DNA from: an uncultured virus (IMG/VR IMGVR_UViG_3300008261_000400)
Lineage: Duplodnaviria; Heunggongvirae; Uroviricota; Caudoviricetes
Length of the DNA: 20,000 bases
Reading direction: 5' to 3' (one strand)
IMG/VR virus record: IMGVR_UViG_3300008261_000400
Shown here: piece after piece, positions 17,335 through 20,000 of the stretch
Position numbering within the stretch: the stretch's first letter is position 1
Layout of the letters: the number at the start of each line of letters is the position of its first letter
Notes under the pieces: generated by a model
The model's database searches: none
What the model saw: the letters and a program-made list of their open reading frames with translations, nothing else
What the model was told of the DNA's origin: nothing
Program-made: the position numbers and the translations under genes

Positions 17335-17400
17335 GGACACTTGAAGAACTGGCACAGGGACACTCCAAAGCCCCCTGTGATGCCTTATAATACTCTCATA
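17335..17400 (+). promoter_or_regulatory. Repeated element copy 3: palindrome + hairpin + TATAAT
   Basis: GGACACTTGAAGAACTGGCAC at 17335-17355; stem CACAGGG (17353-17359)/CCCTGTG (17373-17379); TATAATACTCTCATA from 17386. Confidence 0.75.
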
Positions 17401-17415
17401 CACAAAGGAACTCCA

Positions 17416-17637
17416 ATGACTATTGAAATCACCAACCAAGTTCGTATTCAACAATACGAAGATTTTTGGTATACAGTAGAAGACACTCACCTTGATGTGG
17501 GATGTGATGGTTGCACCATTTCTTATTGGGTATATGATGTTGAGAAAGGTGATAAACGAGTACAACACATTTGTATGAATGAAGAACAAGCACTTGCTAT
17601 TGCTGATGCCATCTACAAACTCTTCAAGAAGGACTGA
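17416..17637 (+). CDS. Hypothetical protein
   Basis: ATG at 17416 after AAAGGA and downstream of element copy 3; MTIEITNQVRIQQ...ALAIADAIYKLFKKD. Confidence 0.75.
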   Translation: MTIEITNQVRIQQYEDFWYTVEDTHLDVGCDGCTISYWVYDVEKGDKRVQHICMNEEQALAIADAIYKLFKKD

Positions 17638-17638
17638 G

Positions 17639-17833
17639 ATGATGACTGAAGAACAAATCCTACAACTTGCTGAAAATTATCTAACTTTTGAAAAGTGGAA
17701 TGATATTTGTTGGAAGGCAGATACTCTACAACTTTTGAACTTTGCCCGAGCAATGTATGATGAAGGTTATGACTATGGATATGATGAAGGTTACAGTAAT
17801 TGTTCTATTGATATGGGAGATGAGAATGTATGA
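17639..17833 (+). CDS. Hypothetical protein, paralog of 18069-18287
   Basis: MTEEQILQLA...LLNFARAMYDEGYDYGYDEG. Confidence 0.7.
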   Translation: MMTEEQILQLAENYLTFEKWNDICWKADTLQLLNFARAMYDEGYDYGYDEGYSNCSIDMGDENV

Positions 17834-18069
17834 CTAAACTTTCTACACAAACACAAGCAATCATAGATGCTGCCGATGAAGTATTTTCTCACGGAGGAAC
17901 AATTAGAGAGGGTTTTGCTGCTTCTCTTCGTGTTCTTGCTGATAATGTTGCCCCTGAAAATTATGCCTGTTTTTCGGGGCATAGAGAATGGGATGAAGCA
18001 CTTGAAACAAGAAATGAAAGTATTCGTGAGGCAATTTTAGATATTGCTACTGAATTGGAGCAAACCTGA
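17830..18069 (+). CDS. Hypothetical protein, distantly similar to 19148-19384
   Basis: ATGA/TGATG coupling; ...SLRVLAD...REAILDIATELEQT. Confidence 0.7.
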   Translation: MTKLSTQTQAIIDAADEVFSHGGTIREGFAASLRVLADNVAPENYACFSGHREWDEALETRNESIREAILDIATELEQT

Positions 18070-18287
18070 TGACTGACGCACAAATCCTAAAACTTGCTAA
18101 ATCCTGTGGGTTTGATACATTCGTGGGTGAAAAAGATGATGGGACAAACTCCGATTACTGGGAGTGTTGGGAACGACAACTCTTGAAGTTTGCTGCTCTA
18201 ATCTACACAGAAGGCTTCAAAGTGGGTTATGATGAAGGTTGGGAAAGAAGTAATGTAAGCACCAAATGGAGTTCTGATGATGACTAA
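18069..18287 (+). CDS. Hypothetical protein, paralog of 17639-17833
   Basis: MTDAQILKLA...LLKFAALIYTEGFKVGYDEG. Confidence 0.7.
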   Translation: MTDAQILKLAKSCGFDTFVGEKDDGTNSDYWECWERQLLKFAALIYTEGFKVGYDEGWERSNVSTKWSSDDD

Positions 18288-18480
18288 ACTCACAGCACTT
18301 GATTTGATGGTAATTTCAGATACTTTGTATAGAACTCTTTCTATCGCAGGATTTGAGGGAACTCTTGGTGGATATACAAAAGAAGCAAGAGAAAATGTTG
18401 CGAATAAGGTTCAAACAATTTTGAGTAATATGGAAGTAGAACTAACTGTGGAGAAAACTGATGCCCAAGATGACTTATGA
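18277..18480 (+). CDS. Hypothetical protein, paralog of 18781-18957
   Basis: MTKLTALDLMVISDTL...TKEARENV..KVQTIL.NMEVEL. Confidence 0.7.
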   Translation: MMTKLTALDLMVISDTLYRTLSIAGFEGTLGGYTKEARENVANKVQTILSNMEVELTVEKTDAQDDL

Positions 18481-18628
18481 AGAATGGTGTGAAAAAAATC
18501 CAATTGATTGGGATGAGATTGAAAAAAATGATAATCCAGATATGTTGATTACTAAAACAGGTGTAGAAATGATGCATTATCACCTATACTTGTGGGAATG
18601 TAAAAAAGAAGAAGAAACAAATGACTGA
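18461..18628 (+). CDS. Hypothetical protein (55 aa, not in ORF track)
   Basis: ATG after GGAGAAAACTG; MPKMTYEEWCEKNPIDWDEIEK... fills the gap. Confidence 0.65.
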   Translation: MPKMTYEEWCEKNPIDWDEIEKNDNPDMLITKTGVEMMHYHLYLWECKKEEETND

Positions 18629-18788
18629 CAAACAACCAACTTGGGATGGGATTTACAAATCTCTTAATGTAGGTATTGTGAATGTTTATGAACTCACCGA
18701 ACACTTGGATACACTCTACACTAAAATTTCTGAACTTGAAGCACGATTGGATAAAGAGGAAGAATACCGACAGGAGCAAAATGACTAA
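18621..18788 (+). CDS. Hypothetical coiled-coil protein (55 aa, not in ORF track)
   Basis: MTDKQPTWDGIYKSLNVG...KISELEARLDKEEEYRQEQND; overlaps both neighbours by 8 nt. Confidence 0.65.
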   Translation: MTDKQPTWDGIYKSLNVGIVNVYELTEHLDTLYTKISELEARLDKEEEYRQEQND

Positions 18789-18957
18789 ACTCACATCATT
18801 AGATTTATACATTCTCACCGATACTGTGCTACACTCCATAAGTCACGGTGATTATTGGACTGGTTCTGCTACAAAAGAAGCACGGGATGGTGTCATCAAA
18901 AAACTTCAAATGATTATGAATGAAATGGAAGTAGAAGTATCTGTGGGAGAAAACTGA
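18781..18957 (+). CDS. Hypothetical protein, paralog of 18277-18480
   Basis: ATG at 18781 after AGGAG; MTKLTSLDLYILTDTV...TKEARDGV..KLQMIMNEMEVEV. Confidence 0.7.
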   Translation: MTKLTSLDLYILTDTVLHSISHGDYWTGSATKEARDGVIKKLQMIMNEMEVEVSVGEN

Positions 18958-19151
18958 TGACTTTACTTGAAACACTTGAATACTTTCTCACAGAAACCGC
19001 AGCAGATATGGATGGTTTGTCTTGGGAAATCCGTGAGGAAACTAACTTTGAGGACAACAACATAGACCATTTGACTGAATGTTATGATTTCAATAAACAA
19101 CTTTATGATAATCTCAAACAAATCAAATCTATTATTGAGGAACTGAAATGA
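18957..19151 (+). CDS. Hypothetical protein, paralog of the N-terminal half of 14163-14510
   Basis: MTLLETLEYFL...LSWEIREETN...LKQIKS. Confidence 0.7.
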   Translation: MTLLETLEYFLTETAADMDGLSWEIREETNFEDNNIDHLTECYDFNKQLYDNLKQIKSIIEELK

Positions 19152-19384
19152 CTGACAAAAAAGAAGTAGCACAAACACTAAAAGATGCTGTAAAAACACT
19201 TTATCAGGATGAGAAGTGTGCCGAAATGGGTTGGGAAACAGATAAACCTACTGTTATTATTGTTCTCCGTGAGTTAGTAGCAGAACTCCAATACTATCAG
19301 TTTTGTAGAGAGGAAGGTGTGGAAGATATGGTGCTTGATGCCCGTGCTATACTTGATGTATGTGATGAATTGGAGAACCTGTGA
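19148..19384 (+). CDS. Hypothetical protein
   Basis: ATGA/TGATG coupling; ...VLRELVAE...ARAILDVCDELENL. Confidence 0.7.
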   Translation: MTDKKEVAQTLKDAVKTLYQDEKCAEMGWETDKPTVIIVLRELVAELQYYQFCREEGVEDMVLDARAILDVCDELENL

Positions 19385-19560
19385 TGAGACATCAACACAA
19401 CCTCAAACAAACTAAAATGTTGATTGATGCTGTTGAGCATTACATTTACACTATCAAAGATGCTGCTCCTCAATATGCTGTGAAAGAATACCAAGAGTTG
19501 CTGAAAGAACTTGAAGAAGAGGAAGCTCTACTTGAAAGAACTATTAAGAGGGATTTGTAA
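19384..19560 (+). CDS. Hypothetical protein (58 aa, not in ORF track)
   Basis: TGATG and TAATG coupling; MRHQHNLKQTKMLIDAVEHYIY... Confidence 0.65.
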   Translation: MRHQHNLKQTKMLIDAVEHYIYTIKDAAPQYAVKEYQELLKELEEEEALLERTIKRDL

Positions 19561-20000
19561 TGACTAACCTTAAATTCACATCACCAAGTGGAGAAACTAC
19601 CATAAAAGTTGAAGATACTGGTAGATTGGGAACAGTAGCACCTAAAACACAACTACACATTCGCAAAATGGATGAACCAGTGAAATATGAAACTCCTATG
19701 ACTGAAATTGAAGAACTGAAAGCACAAATCAAAGTGCTTGAAAAGAAGCTCTCATTCCTTGAAGAACTGGAAAAAACAAAATCACCAGTAGAAGAAGCAT
19801 ACAAAGATTGGTGGGGACAATATCCTAAATTAGAAACTGATTCCAAGTATGATGTTATAAGGTGGCAAGGTTTCCAAGCAGGATATAATGCTGCTTATGA
19901 AGAAAAGGTAAGTGAAACCGCACAAGAACGAGGAGAACGAGTTCATAATGAAATGGAAGAAACTATCAAAATCCACGATGGTTATGGTGTAGTTGATTAC
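19560..20000 (+). CDS. Hypothetical protein, 3'-truncated by the window edge
   Basis: Open from the ATG at 19560 to the window end; coiled coil EIEELKAQIKVLEKKLSFLEELEK, then SPVEEAYKDWWGQYP...WQGFQAGYNAA. Confidence 0.75.
   Translation, partial: MTNLKFTSPSGETTIKVEDTGRLGTVAPKTQLHIRKMDEPVKYETPMTEIEELKAQIKVLEKKLSFLEELEKTKSPVEEAYKDWWGQYPKLETDSKYDVIRWQGFQAGYNAAYEEKVSETAQERGERVHNEMEETIKIHDGYGVVDY

Noticed and set aside
13358..17400. CRISPR array or integron attC interpretation of the repeated element
   Set aside because: There are only three copies, separated by 0.35-3.6 kb of genes. There is no spacer periodicity, no cas or integrase gene in the window and no RYYYAAC/GTTRRRY ends.
17341..17415. 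N-terminal extension MKNWHRDTPKPPVMPYNTL... given by the ORF track
   Set aside because: It is a translation of repeat element copy 3; the SD-supported start is the ATG at 17416
18971..18993. Partial match to the repeat core (acacttgaa...cacag)
   Set aside because: It lies inside a coding region, lacks the palindromic arms and has no -10 box at the 51-bp offset
16613..19846. Minus-strand ORFs 16613-17020, 17122-17589, 18341-18583, 18552-18839, 19544-19846 and similar
   Set aside because: They overlap well-coupled plus-strand genes and have the Phe/Ile/Ser-rich composition typical of antisense frames

Overview
This AT-rich window has almost all credible genes on the + strand and reads as part of a large T4-like (myovirus) phage genome. 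It is most similar in style to T4-like cyanophages; this is recognition from memory, not a search result. 1-10 kb is a late/structural tail module: a giant, 5'-truncated tail-fibre/baseplate-type protein, a glycine-rich putative adhesin, two accessory proteins and three different 2OG-Fe(II) oxygenases. At about 10.0 kb a long inverted repeat carries a terminator-like hairpin and two mirror-image sigma70-consensus promoters. It is followed by a Cys-rich small gene and an AsnB-like amidotransferase. 12-20 kb is a dense, translationally coupled array of about 30 short early-type hypothetical genes with several paralog pairs. The array is punctuated by three copies of a repeated element: an imperfect palindrome GGACACTTGA(A/G)GAACTG(T/G)C fused to the upstream stop codon and starting exactly 51 bp before a TATA(A/G)T box. 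This may be a regulatory and gene-cassette shuffling unit. No rRNA, tRNA, CRISPR, integrase or transposase was recognised.
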